Shown: positions 39,513 to 52,662, counted from the first letter of the stretch. The stretch is DNA of 64,000 bases from Eledone cirrhosa (GCA_964016885.1 OZ024741.1:329902001-329966000), one strand, 5' to 3'. Program-made: numbers and translations. Notes: generated by a model from the sequence alone, not told the origin.

Positions 39513-40822
39513 TGTATTTAACTAAGTACTTACCTCTGAAAAGATGAAATATGTCAAAGTCGACCTCAGTCGGATTCGAACACAAAATTTAAAGGGAAGT
39601 AACTAGGTGTCACAAGAGGTTTTGCCAGACATTCTACCAACTCTGCCAAAATGACAAGCTTGCTATGAGGGCAAACATTATTTAGGTTTAATATTATTAA
39701 GCAATTTAGTAATTAAGAAAGTTCTGATGACGCAAATCCATAAACTGGCCACGACATCTTGTCTTTTTGTATATTTTTTTACTACATTATCTGTGTCATT
39801 TATTTTTTGTAAGAAGGTCCAGTGGAAATTTGGCTACTATTTTTAATATATTCAACGACTATCCTGGGGCTTCACATTGATCGCTGACATTTTCTATTAG
39901 AATATGCTTTGTGAAAGTTCAGAATAAGCATATCATTTAACTAGGCATAACTTTTTTCCTTTCTTTTTCAAAAATGTCTTCAAATTTCATATTTTCAGTA
40001 AGATACATTACAATTATCCCTCAAAATCTTTATTTAATCTTTATACCACCACCATCTTTATTTAATCATTATACCACCACCACCACGTACTGACATTTTT
40101 TCAATTTTTTTTCCAGGAATTGTATTTTAAAGACTAATGATTATGATTCTGTGAAAAATAAAATCTGAAGATTTCGACTTTTAAATTTTTGCTCCCACCT
40201 TCACCCTCAACATCAACTATGAAATGAAAGAGTTTGAAATGGGAACAAAATAAGCTGTGTATAAAATGACAAAATTGTTTTACATACTTAAAATTCACTG
40301 ACGATAAAATGCAAGAATTTTTGTGGTTATTCTTCTTCCTCTGCTTGGAGGCATCACTTTTTCAAAATGTTTCAGTATTTTGTTATGTAGTTGCTGTTTT
40401 GTGGAACTGATGTTATTGGCTCCACACACACAGTTCAGTTCATACACTACATGGTCTCTCAAGCATAGTGGTTTTGTCTTGTTAATTCCTGGGGCCGTGT
40501 ATTCCCTGACAAGGCACCTAACTTCTTTTTTGATCTCTTCATCGTGTGTTGTCTCAACGTCCTTCCATGCCTTGCTACTAGCACTGGGAGGTATATTCTT
40601 CGGATACAGTTTCTAAGACGATTTTCTGCCTATTCTCCTTGGTATGGCAGATCAATGTAGACCCAGGTTTTATCTTTATTCTCTTGTTTCTTGCAGAGGT
40701 ATATTTTATTAGGAAACAGGTGCCTACCCTAAACTGTCGGAGTGACCTGGACACATGGAATCACATAAACACATACTCTGATGGGTTATGGATTTACTAA
40801 ACCAGGAATAATATCGAATAAT

Positions 40823-40862
40823 ATAGTCTGATGAAGGATTATAATCCAAAAGCGCTCGCTAT
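40823..40862 (+). ncRNA. Minimal hammerhead with G12A mutation (probably inactive)
   Basis: ATAGT-CTGATGA-a-GGAT tata ATCC-AAAA-GCGC-TC|GCTAT; CCGAAA to CCAAAA fits CpG decay. Confidence 0.65.
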
Positions 40863-41579
40863 CAAGTGAACAATACTAACCTAGCAACAAGGCTCATAGA
40901 CTGTAGCCACGTGACCATACACAGTAACTATACTAGCTCTAATCCTAATTTTAATTCTAACATTAACTCTCACACACTCATCTTTCTACCCCTTTACCTT
41001 CACATTAACAAACAATAAAACACAAAATATATTCCGTTTTTTAAATTAGTTTTATCTTGTTTATTGTAATTTATTATATTCTAGCTTCTCTCTCTCAGCT
41101 CCCTATAGATTACTCTTCTTACCTTGCCTTGAATCGCACACTCTACAAAATCTACACAGTAGCATCGAGTACTCATCTTGGCATACTGCCAATATATATA
41201 GTAGTAAAGGTGCAATTGGATTGCGTTCACAGGCCGTATGCTAAGATGAGTAGATGAGTACACTACTCTGCTACTGAGGAGCAGAGTATCGATGATAATA
41301 ATTAGGTAACAAAGAATCAGTATTGCATCATATACATATTTAATTACATATTACATATGTTTCACTGTCGAGGAACGATCAATATATATATATCATATCA
41401 GGTGTGGTAAAAACCAGGTAGACCATAACCCACCAGAGTACTCGATATTTGGGGTAGTAGAGTAGGTAATATGAAAAGAGTTCAGATCTAGCTGTCAAAA
41501 CGGCTGGAGCTCAGCCGTCGGGGTCCTGAATCATTTTATACATATGTATATGTGTGTGTTTATGTGTGTGTATGTGTGT

Positions 41580-41860
41580 GTGTGGTTAGAACGTCGGGCT
41601 TACAATTGTGAAATGTGAATTTGATTACTGAATTGCAGTTTGCTCAGCTGTAGAAATGGGTTGGGACATCAGTGGTGCCAAGCCGTATTGGCCTTAGCCT
41701 TTCCCTTCGACAACATTAATGATGTAGAGAGGGGAGACTGGTATGCATGGTCGACTGCTGGTCTTCCACAAACAACCTTGCCTGACTTGTGCCTCGGATG
41801 GCATCTTTCTAGGTGCAAATCTCATGGTCACTTGTGACCGAATGGGGACTTCACCTTTAC
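41580..41860 (+). mobile_element. tRNA-derived SINE (degenerate)
   Basis: Body shared with 25352 and 4447. Confidence 0.65.
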
Positions 41861-42012
41861 TCATTATATATGTGTGTGTAGGAATATGTAGGTGAAGAAG
41901 AAGTTAAAGCTAAGCCTCTATCATCATTTTATGAAAAAACTTTTTGTTAAGATATGTTCTATACACCAATTTGATGTTGAATCATGTTGGTGGTGCGGGA
42001 ACGGAGTAAATC

Positions 42013-42397
42013 TATTATAAAGTAAAATGACAGGAGGCCAAATAGGTTGAATTTCTTTTATTATTTATTTCTGCAAACACTGCACATTTCAGTGGCCAGG
42101 TTGCGTAAGAACCCGGTGACCACATCAGATGTAAATTGCATAATAGATGTGTACCAACGGAATGATGGTAAACACATTCCAAGAGGCTTTAAGGAAAAAA
42201 AGAAAAGAAAAAAGTGTGTTTATGTTTTGAGATGATCGAAGCAGCATGCTGTTATCATGTCCCATCATCTCTGAATTTACACCTGAAGATGTCAGGTTCT
42301 TACACAACCTGGCCACTGAAATGTACATAGTGTTTGCAGAAATAAATAATTAAGAAAATTCAACTTATTTGACCCCCTGTCATTTTACTTTATAATA
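42013..42397. repeat. Inverted repeat (~125-bp arms, ~135-bp spacer) with hammerhead-like arms
   Basis: TATTATAAAGTAAAATGACAGG..CCTGTCATTTTACTTTATAATA; right arm ACAC-CTGAAGA..GAAA-TGTACA-TA|GTGT (42279-42333). Confidence 0.88.
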
Positions 42398-42979
42398 TAT
42401 ATATATATATAGTTAAAAAAAAAGTCTTATTAGCTTCATGCTAGAAAAAGGAAAATTCAATCTATTGGGCTTTAGTCCTTCATCAGGAGTAGAGGAAACA
42501 AAGATACGATTAGCAGTAAAAGAAATACAAAGATGAAGTTCATAGATAGAAGGGGATAAAAAAGGAGGGCATGTAAGTGTGTGTGTGTATGTGTTGTTGG
42601 TGTGGTGCATACATAGTTGGTGATGGTGTATATGTATATTTGGGTGTATTAACATTGTATATGTGTGTAGTTGGCCTTTGTGTGCATCCTCGTATATGAA
42701 AAAAAAAAGACTGCACAACTTAATCCCAAAAGGTGAACTAACTAGAGTGAAAATGAATATAGATATGGAAGTATCTAGGAAGTGATGGAAATAGAGGAGG
42801 TAATGTCAAGGGTGGGTGGAAGGAGTTGAGTTGTGCCCAGGTGAGTGAGATGATACCAGTAGTTGTCAATGTAAAGTCAGTGTTGCTTGGATGTGGGGCC
42901 GGTATATTGCAAACAAATTTGGACCACAACATAGCCAACAAATAAGTTGGCGTAACTGGGGCACATTCTTGCGTTCTAT

Positions 42980-43232
42980 ATAGGTAGGTAGGTATGTTTG
43001 TATGTAGGTATTTAGGTAGGTAGGTAGGTATGTTTGTATGTAGGTATGTAGGTAGGTAGGTAGGTAGGTATGTTTGTATGTAGGTATGTAGGTAGGTAGG
43101 TAGGTATGTGTGTATGTATGTATGTATGTAGGTATGTAGGTATGTAGGTAGGTATGTTTGTATGTAGGTATGTATGTAGGTATGTATGTAGGTATGTATG
43201 TATGTAGGTAGGTATGTAGGTAGGTAGGTATG
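42980..43232. repeat. Compound (TAGG)n/(TATG)n microsatellite
   Basis: Seen directly in the sequence. Confidence 0.95.
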
Positions 43233-43449
43233 TTCTTCTGGTTTTATAATTTCACAAATGTTTGCCAATAGAGAGTTGGTTTCTAACATAGTTACAAGAC
43301 TCTCTCATTGGAATTTACACATCAACTAGGTATATATGTATGCATGTCTGCATGCATGCATGTGTGTACAGGTATGGATGTTATTGTATGTGTGGATGTG
43401 TGTGTTTTGAGTTGTATGTGTGCATGTGCATATGCTTTGTATCTGTACA

Positions 43450-45337
43450 TGTGTATATGCAGTTGTAGATGCAGAATGTTTTACATATTTTTACTGTTCC
43501 ATTAATGGATTGTAATTGTAATTTCCTAACTAGTCGTGTTCTTTCTGTTTCTGTGAAACCCAGCTTCTCAAGATTTGTATTGAGGTAGTTACTAACATAT
43601 CCCAGTGCCCCAATAATCATTAGTTCTGCATAAATATTCTCCTTTTCGCTAATCTTTGATATTATATTGGCATCTGCTGGGCAGCTAATTTCCATTATTG
43701 TGCATGCCTTCTTTTCCCTGTCCCATATCATTATATCTGGTCTTTTATGCCTGCATTTTATTGGGGTTTTTACTGGAACATTCCACCAGTACTCTTTCAT
43801 ATTATGTACATGGATGTCTTCTACATTGCTGTAGCTTTTAATGTGTTTATTATCGGGGCTATCTTTTCTACGGATTGCATTGTACAGTGTTTTGGCCACT
43901 ACATCATGCCTCATAGGTAGATAGTAGCGCGATGACATCTTTGGACAGCTGCTTATGACATGGGTGACACCTTCGATGTTAATTCTGCAGAGTCTGCACT
44001 TATGTCACATCTAGGAGTCTTGCCTGAATCCCTATATCTTATGTGAATCAGGTATTTCGTGTTGATTTCCTGTTCTTGGATTGCAAAAGCGTATTCTTCA
44101 AAATGGGAGCCAATATAGCGGTTGTTGGTCCAAGATAGACTACTTTGTTTATCTATATTACTCTCACCCTGGAGGTTCCTGGCAACATATGGCATGAATT
44201 TTTTGCTGATAAACATGCAGTTTTTCTCATCCATGGATTCACTGCGGTACTGCTGAACGACTTCCCTGGGTGTGAGTTTTTGATTATCACACAGGGAATA
44301 TCTCTCGAGGAGTCCCTCCCCAACTCTCATGATCTTATCTGTCTCATGTAGATAGACTTGCTCGAGAGACGGGCTCCTACGCTTCGAGGTTCGTAAATGT
44401 TGTCGGAGGGATATGATGCGACATTCAAATGCTGTCTGGACTGATGTTAGGCCTCTGGCTCGCTGCTTACATTTCAAGTATAGGCGGTTTATGTCACTGT
44501 TGATGTGGAAGTTTCCGGTGTTGCTTAGTATTTTTTGAGTCCTAATATCAATTGCTCGGATTTTGTCTATTGTCCAATTGAGTATTCCAAACGTTGGTGT
44601 TAGGATAGGCACAGCAAACACATTCCTTATTACAGATACCATTATAGGATATGTTCTCATCTATCCCCAGGTATCTGTAGCAGTCCTCATCAGATATCGG
44701 TGAAACAGTTAGGCCATTGATGACAATGTTACTAGATTGGGTTGTAGTTTCTCCCCATTTTACAGTCATATATGAACATTTATTCTGGCCAAACTCCATT
44801 CCTATATCCTTTGAGAATGTTGTAACCAGGTCAAGATTTTTCTTCATCCCATCTATGTTTTTGGCATAGAGTTTCAGATCATCCACAAAGAAATTATGGG
44901 TTAAGTTCGTATTTCTGTCCTCCTGTGAGCCAATTATGTATCCTCCACATTTCTTGAGCAGAAAGGACTAGGGATTTAATGACAGGATAAATAGTATCAC
45001 AGAGAAACTGTTTCCCTGAAATATACCCCTGCAATATTTTATTTTATCAGTGAAAATAGAGTCCTCCTTCTTTGTTTTTAACTTTAGGATAGTAGCCCAA
45101 GACGAAGACAGCTTCTCTATGGTTCTGATAATAATGTCTGGGACTTTAGCAAGTCGGAGGGCCTCCATCATCCAAGAGTGGGGAACAGAATCAAAAGCTT
45201 TCTTGTAGTCCAGCCAGACTGTAGCCATATTCCGCCTAAGTTGTCGCACCTCCGACATCGCAGTTTTATTGATTAGGAGTTGTTCAGCACACCCCCAAAT
45301 ATCTTTCTTTCCAGCTGCTTGTTCATCTGTGATGATA
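43450..45337 (-). mobile_element. Decayed R4/Dong-like non-LTR retrotransposon (RT + CCHC + restriction-like endonuclease)
   Basis: WLDYKKAFDSVPHSW, GIFQG, FVDDLKLYAK, YRYLG, AIQEQEI, RHDVVAK, RPDIMIWD..EISCP..K..EK..Y and IIGALG. Confidence 0.88.
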
Positions 45338-45347
45338 TGTATGTATG

Positions 45348-46070
45348 TGTAGTGGATAAATGTGTTCTTTTCAGGATGAATGATAAAAAGAATAATGCCA
45401 GAATTGTGATGTTGACAATGTTTATTTTACAATAACAATATTTACTTGTTGGTACATCGAATATGGAGTAATAAAATTGTGACAGCAATTATCACTACAT
45501 TATTTGCTGACAAGCCAAATCGAGCTAGCGTGTATGCATGTATCACAAAAAACGATATAGCAAAAATTGTGTTGTATTTTTCAGTAGTACAAAATAGTAG
45601 TAGGAAAACGAAAGAATAGATAAAGCATAGGAGTAAACAGTATAATTGTTTCTACTTTTGGCACAAGGCCAGCAATTACCCAGTGCATTACTGGTACTTT
45701 ATTTTATCGACCCCATAAGGATGAAAGGCAAAGTTAACCTTGGCGGGATTTGAACTCAGAATGGCAAGGGCCGTAACTCTATATGTCAAAGCATGGCGTC
45801 TGACCCTCTACCGATACTGCCATTCCACCGCCCTAGTAAACAGTATAATGATACCTACTCTGTGTGTGTGTCCTTAGTATTCGTTATTCCTAGTAGTGGT
45901 GGTCAAATTGCTGAGCTGGCATTAAATGTGAGAGCCTGAGGCCAGGAGAGAGAAAGAGTAAAAGGTCTGCTACATCGTTAATCTTTACGGACTGCTGCTT
46001 CGTGGTCTTCCTGGTGGATTCCCTAAGTACTTGTATTTATAATAACCCTAAAGCTAGAAGGATGTGTATA
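45348..46070 (-). mobile_element. Truncated copy of the same LTR, interrupted by a SINE (45645-45835)
   Basis: Starts TGTAGTGGATAAATG like 57047. The inserted SINE is flanked by the duplicated AGTAAACAGTATAAT. Confidence 0.82.
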
Positions 46071-46074
46071 TAAC

Positions 46075-48125
46075 CTGTGAAAGTAACTCTTGCAGAACCA
46101 TCAACGCTTGTGGAGGTTGCAGTAGCTATCTTGAAGCTAAACAGTGGAAAGTCTTCAGGTATGGATGGCATACATGCAGAGCTCTTACAATATGGTGGTG
46201 AAAGACTTCTGCGAAATCTTCACTCTTTGTTTTGCAGAATATGGGCTAATGAATCCGTACCTGAGGACTGGAGAGATGAGGTAATGGTAGTCTTGTACAA
46301 GGGAAAAGGTAACAAAAATGATTGTGGAAACTACAGAGGTATATCATTGCTTTCTGTTGTGGGAAAAATTTTATGTAGAGTGCTTCTGGACCGTCTGCTG
46401 ACGCACATTGCAGATTGTGTTCTTCCTGAAAGTCAATCTGGTTTTCGTGCTGGACGCGGTACTACTGATATGATTTTCTCAGCTAGACAGCTCCAGGAGA
46501 AGTGCATGGAACAAGGTTTGGATCTGTATGAGGTTTTTGTCAATCTGACAAAAGCTTTCGATACTGTTAACAGAAATGCATTGTGGAAGGTTCTCCAGAA
46601 ACTTGGTTTCCCTGATAAGTTCCTTGCTTTGGTTAGGTCTTTCCATGACGACATGAAGGCTTGGATTAATGTCAGAAGTAACATGTCAGAGCCTATCTCA
46701 GTAAAAAATAGAGTGAAAGAGGGGGATATTCCAAAACTGACCCTGTTTGCCATATACTTTGCATTGCATTCAGGAATTCCGAGTATGGTGTTTACATCCG
46801 ATATCGAACCTCTGGCAGCATATTTAACATCAGGCGCTTTGTTGCAAAAACAAAAGTATTTACATCAATCATAAGAGACCTCTTGTATGCAGATGATTGC
46901 GATCTTGTAGCGCACAGAGAGATTGATATGCAGCACATTTTGAATGCATTTTCTGATGCTTGCACTGCACTAAGATTGACTGTTAGTCTCAAGAAAACCG
47001 TTGTTATGTACCAACCTGCCCCTGGTAAAAAAATATCTATGTGTATGGTAAACGACTTGGAGTGGTTGATCAGTTTGTCTACCTGGGAAGCACTGTCAAT
47101 AGATAGAGCAATCTTGATAATGAAATTTCACTCAGTATTAGGAAACCAAGTGATGCTTTCGGAAAGCTAGAAAGGCACATCTGGGGTCAGCGAGACATAT
47201 GCAAGAAGACAAAGGTAAAGGTGTACAAGGCATGTGTGCCCTCTTCTCTTCTTTAGGCACATCTGGGGTCAGCGAGACATATGCAAGAAGACAAAGGTAA
47301 AGGTGTACAAGGCATGTGTGCTCTCTTCTCTTCTTTATGCCTGCAAGACCTGGGTCACATATTGACACCACCTTAAACAATTGGAGTGTTTCCATCAGAT
47401 GTGTCTCAGACAGATCCATGGCGTTCACTGGAAGGACCACATCAGTGATGTCAAGATTTTGGAAAGCTCTCTGTGTGAAAGTATAGAAGCTTTGTGCTTA
47501 AGCAAAGACTCCGATGGAGTGGTCACCTTGCCAGGATGAAGGATTCTAGAGTTCCGAAACAATTCTTTTATGGGGCGTTAGTTAAAGGAAAATGACCGCC
47601 ACATAAACCAAAAAAGTGATATAAGAATTCGTTGAAAGCCTCTTTGAAAGATGCTAACTTCTCTGCTGATACATGGGAAAGCATAGCTGCTGATCGTAAT
47701 AAATGGAGAAAGACTGTACATGAGGGGAAAGTTGTTTTTGAGGCATCTCGAATCGCATATGAGAAAGGAAAAAGGGATGTGAGGAAGGGCATTGCTGTTG
47801 CATTTCCAGACAGTGAAGGTCCTCCTATGGCGCTGACATGCAGCGTCTGTGCGAGACTCTGCCTCAGCAAAGCTGGACTCGAAAGTCATCCTTGCAGTCA
47901 TAAAGTGAGACCTGTGGTTGTCTATCAGGATGCTGTTAGAGATGCTACTCATCATGCCTGTCAAGCATGTGGAAGAGAGTGTAGATCAGCAGGAGGGCTC
48001 AAACGACATGCAAAAGTACATGAAATCCAACCACAGCTATTGCCAGTGAATGTTTTGGTTGCCAACTCTGTGCAAGACATTTTAGATCATTGGCTGGGCT
48101 AAAAAGCCACATTCAATTGCAGCAC
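46075..48125 (+). mobile_element. BovB/RTE-1-like LINE: RT + C-terminal C2H2 fingers, decayed
   Basis: NYRGISLLS, LPESQSGFR, LTKAFDTV, YADDCDL, LRWSGH, then CSVCARLC..GLESH and CQACGREC..GLKRHAKVH; internal tandem duplication at about 47175-47335. Confidence 0.9.
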
Positions 48126-48626
48126 CATTAATTGTTATTGTGTGTGTGTGTATATGTATGTCTGTGTGTGTGTGTGTGTATGTGTATGCATGTGTGTGTA
48201 TGTATATGTATGTGTATGTATGTGTGTCTGTATATATATACATACAGAATTTTTTTTTCTATTTTTATTATTGTCGTTATTGTTATTATTATATTGTTTT
48301 TTTGGGAGGGGGAGGGGGTTCTCGTGCAATGGCCATACTCGATAATGAGGGGGCAGCCATCATGTATGCATGTATGTATTTAATTAATTAATTAATTAAT
48401 TGCCAAACAGTTTCAGACTGTGTTTATATATTATTGGTCAGAAGAAAAAGATATTTTTAAGGAGAAAAAAGTTGGAAAGGTAGACGTTAACACAGAGCAA
48501 ATATAATCAAATATATATATATATATATATATTGTATATTTTGTGTTAATTAATCAACCGACACTAGTCTATGCAGGATAGAGCACTCAACAAAGTCATG
48601 TAGGTCTGTGTACTCCGAACTATTAG

Positions 48627-48795
48627 TATAACAATGAAGTAGAAGTCAGTAGGTTATTTATTACACAATTGCTGTTATACAGATTTCAATGGTAACTGTT
48701 ATGTAACAATCATGACTTCATTAGACAGCTATAACCTAAACAGAAATTTAAAATTATGTAAATTCTAACCTACTGACTTCTACTTCATTATTATA
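48627..48795. repeat. Short inverted repeat (~30-bp arms)
   Basis: TATAACAATGAAGTAGAAGTCAGTAGGTTA / TAACCTACTGACTTCTACTTCATTATTATA. Confidence 0.88.
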
Positions 48796-48802
48796 TATAT
48801 AA

Positions 48803-49422
48803 AGGATGCATAGAAGTGGTTGATAGCTTCTGCTATCTATGAGACTTAATTAGCAATGGAGGAGAGTGCTCTAAGAGCATAATAGCTAGAATAAGGATAG
48901 GATAGAAGAAGTTTAGAGAGCTACTCCCACTGTTGACAACAAAAGCTTTCTCACTACGTACAAAAGGAAAACTGTATGACACCTGTGTGAGAAGTGTGAT
49001 GGTGCATGGTAGTGAAACATGGGTTGTGACTGCAGTGAACATGCGTAGACTGGAGAGAAATGAAGCAACCGTGCTTCATTAGATGTGCAATGTAAATGTG
49101 AGAGAAAGGCAGAGCTTGGATGAACTGAGAGAGAAACTGGGTTTAAGAGGAATCTGAAGTGGTTTGTAAGAAAGAAGAGTGCATTTGTATGGATGTGTGA
49201 TGCATATGAATGATGATCACTGGGTGAAGAAGTGCCAGGAAATCCTAGTGGAAGGAATATGCATTAGAGGTAGTCCAAGGAAGTCCTGGGCAGAGGTGAT
49301 GAGAACTGAGACTTATAGAGGAGATGATGAAGGAACGCGGCGAGTAGAGATTTCCTAAGCTGAAAAGGACCTGTCCAACCCATGGAAGCATGCAAAAACG
49401 GACGTAAAAACGATGATGATGA
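48803..49422 (+). mobile_element. RTE LINE 3' fragment
   Basis: Aligns with 58990-59700; (GAT)n tail. Confidence 0.85.
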
Positions 49423-50189
49423 ATTATGATAATTATGAAGGCCAGATGTAGATATTCATAATATATATGTGGGTGTATTAATGATGGTCTTCCTTGGACA
49501 CTCACACACACACATATATAGATGCGTGTGTGTATTTGCACATATCTAAACTCCCCCGACATCCAAGTACAGTACACAATTGACTTAGTGATATCAATAT
49601 TTACATCAATATGTCTATTGTTGTTTCTCTAGAGATGGCATGATGAGTCATTATCATTACTGCTAACACACACACACATTCACAGACACACACACACACC
49701 TAAAGTTATAAACATATGCATACATAAATACAGAGAAAGAAACATATATATATATATATATATATCATCATCATCATCGTTTTAACATCTACTTTCCCTA
49801 TGAGAAAGAGAGGGTGGGTCAGATAGAAATAGATAGAGCATGAGAGCATATTTATTTATACTACAAGTTAGATTGATTTATGGTGTCAATTGATTGACAT
49901 TTCCTGATATATATATATATTTGTATGTATATATATATACTAGCAGAGGCATGCGGCGTTGCCCGGGGATGAAATTGTTCCTTATATATTAGAAGAAAAA
50001 AGCAAAATATGTTGTATAGAAATTTGTTATTCTAAATTCAATTTATTCTTCAATTGGGATACATGATGAAATCAATTCTGAATTCATAATACAAAAAAAA
50101 AAAATAATAATAAAAAAAAAACGAAAATACAAAATTTACCACTTTTATGAAGGGGGATAAGTTCTATCACATATATTGAAGGAAATTAC

Positions 50190-51050
50190 GTAAGCGCTTC
50201 TGGGTAAACAACATTCTTTGTTTTCTGGCTTAGAGCATAGACAAATAAGTTTTGTAATCTACCCACTCGGAGCAACCAACATAAAGTTGACCATGAGAAA
50301 AGCAAGGCTCAATTAAGTGCAAGCCAGTAGATTTCAAAGTCTGATCTCGAGCTTTATTAATAGGCATTGCGAAACAAAGTCGCACTGGGAATTGTGTTCG
50401 TTTGAACCCAAATGGCATGTCTGTTGGTTTGATTGGAATTCTTGGAATGAAAACCTCTTCGCCAGAAGCACATCCAATGACGATGGTAGTTTCTATCACA
50501 TTAGGTGATAATGTCTTCACAATCAACCTTGTCCCATTGCATAATTTAGGAAGTTCTAAATTTGTTAGAAGCACTATTGGGACTCCTACCTTCAGAAAAA
50601 GTTTATGTTCCAGGTTGCTCAAGAGGATTAAGGAACTCTGTTGGGACAACTTGATTTTCATCAAGGACTGAATCAACTGATTTGTACTCCTTAATGACTG
50701 TTGGAATCTTATTCATTAATTCATGGTTAATCCTTGCTACTGTCTCATTTTTTGGAGCAAGAATTGCTCTTTCACACAACCATTTATGTGAATTATAATT
50801 ATTACTTAAGTCTGGAAATACCCTGATCTTCAATTCAGTTGGGAATTCACCATGATAGCAATATGAGCCAAATTTATATCACCATTCCCATCAATTGGTA
50901 CTTTACCATTTTCTAATTGAAGGAGCCGGGTTGAAAACTGTTCTGTACATTGGTCTCCATGTAATAAAGCTCGCATATTAGTATTGAAGGAGAATTTCTG
51001 TAATTTATTCCATAGGTGTGAAGACTTAATGCATGCTTTTATTTTATCTG
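50190..51050 (-). pseudogene. Helitron-type Pif1 helicase C-terminal fragment
   Basis: ACIKSS.LW, NMRA, ERAILAPKN, LKVGVPIVLL.NL..LCNGTRL, FIPRI, QFPVRLCFAM.INK and FSHGQLYVGCS; frameshifted. Confidence 0.92.
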
Positions 51051-51309
51051 CATTAGAGTGTATGTTGAAGCATCTAAACAATGTTTATATATTTACAAAA
51101 ATACTTAATAGACTTAACAGAGCTGCAGAATTCAACATTGATATGGGCTTTGAAAGTTTTTGTAAGAAGAGGACAGTAGAATACAACCCACTGATTGTCA
51201 ATGATGAATTCTTGCCCATTTCTCATTTTTTTTTTTTCGAAGTTAATCCATCATGCCTATGTCACTCCAGCCACCACCGCATTGTATTTGACATTCATTT
51301 AAATCAATT

Positions 51310-52010
51310 ATAGTAATTTTCTAGTATGATTCTAGTACCGATATTATTCACGAAGTTTCTAAAAACTGTAGGAGGGTGGCATGAGTCCTTGTGTATGTAA
51401 TTAAGTTTTTCATTTAGTTTATAGAAGGGTCTAAAGGTGTGCGTGCAAAGATCTAAATTTATGTCTAAGTAATCTACGCTAGTGAGGTTGGTAACTACCA
51501 TTATCCTAAGTGCTAACTCATTAAAAGTAGTAATTTTAGAAACTTTGTGAATAATATCGGTACTAGAATCTCTAACCTCTCCTCTAATAAAGCAATGATG
51601 TAGTAGGGTACCACAGAGTGGTACCCTACTACAAAGTGGCCTTAGCTAACAGCAGCTTCTCACAACCAATCACTTACTCCCCTGCTAACACCAACAGCAA
51701 TAGGAAAAGAAATTGTGCAAATAGAAAAACGATGCCCGCTTCTCACTCAATGTTAAAACTAATGTAGGAAAAAATGTTTAGCTCTCTTAGATAGACACTT
51801 TTACATAGGTCACAAATACCGCTCCATCTTTAACAGATGAAACAGGGTGAAACAGGGTGAAACAAGGATACTCCTGTGCTAAGAATATGAAGGTCCACAT
51901 CACCAACAACCCTAAGAGCAGCACCACACCAGGATGCTCTTGCCGAAAGCCTGAAGCTTGTCCCCTTCAAAAACAATGCAACACACCCACTGTAATTTAC
52001 GAAGCTGTGG
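51310..52010. mobile_element. Old WFNPP-type PLE fragment with an internal inversion
   Basis: Minus 51310-51525 reads VDYLDINLDL..FRPFYK..YIHKDSCHPP. Plus strand from 51535 restarts at FRNFVNNIGTRI and continues VKTNVGK..LLDRHF. Confidence 0.75.
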
Positions 52011-52248
52011 TCATGGATGGCAGGTAGGTTCATTGCTAGAACAAGCAGTTAGTTACTGCCTAAGGTTTACTCAACCGAAAGGGAGTATAGAATAAATTCA
52101 TAAGGACATATATGTATATATTTAGACATAGTCACAGATACATATATGAGTGTGGCTACCTTCCACAGTGTGGCTCAATGAATGAATGAATTAATTAAAT
52201 AATTATTATTCATCAGAGCTATATAAAATTATAAGTTTGAAGAACAGT

Positions 52249-52475
52249 CAGACAAAATTTATCCAATTCTTTTCCTCCTTAGTCCCTAGAAATCAACCAG
52301 ATAAATAATCATTTAAACGGAGCTAAGTTTAAAATGTAACTTTGAAGAAATAACAGATAAATGTTACAGACTATCCTCAGACAAAATTTACCTAGTCTCC
52401 TCTTAGTCTGTAGAAATTAACTAGACAAATAATCAATTAAACGGAGCTAAGTCTAAAATGTAAGTTTGAAGAAAA
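52249..52475. repeat. Tandem duplication, ~129-bp period
   Basis: CAGACAAAATTTA..AAACGGAGCTAAGT.TAAAATGTAA.TTTGAAGAAA occurs twice. Confidence 0.85.
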
Positions 52476-52483
52476 AAATATAA

Positions 52484-52662
52484 ATACATGGAACAAAAGG
52501 GCTACCTAAGGTTTCAAGGCCCAATATTGACAATATCTCCAGAATGTAAGAGGGATAAAAAATTGTGCCCTAATCTTTAGGCACTTATACCAGTTTATAA
52601 ATTCTGGAACTTCAGTCAATATTGGGCCTTGAAACCTTAGGTAGCCCTTTTGTTCCATGTAT
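52484..52662. repeat. Perfect 48-bp inverted repeat containing a hammerhead 3' half
   Basis: 52484-52531 versus 52615-52662; right arm GAAA-CC tta GG-TA|GCCC. Confidence 0.93.

Noticed and set aside
42738-43289. 183-aa YLPT/YIHT-repeat ORF and the many [12 protein letters not shown] ORFs
   Set aside because: They are translations of microsatellites.
50230-50833. Host PIF1 helicase gene
   Set aside because: It is intronless, frameshifted, has Helitron-type motifs and lies within transposon-like termini.
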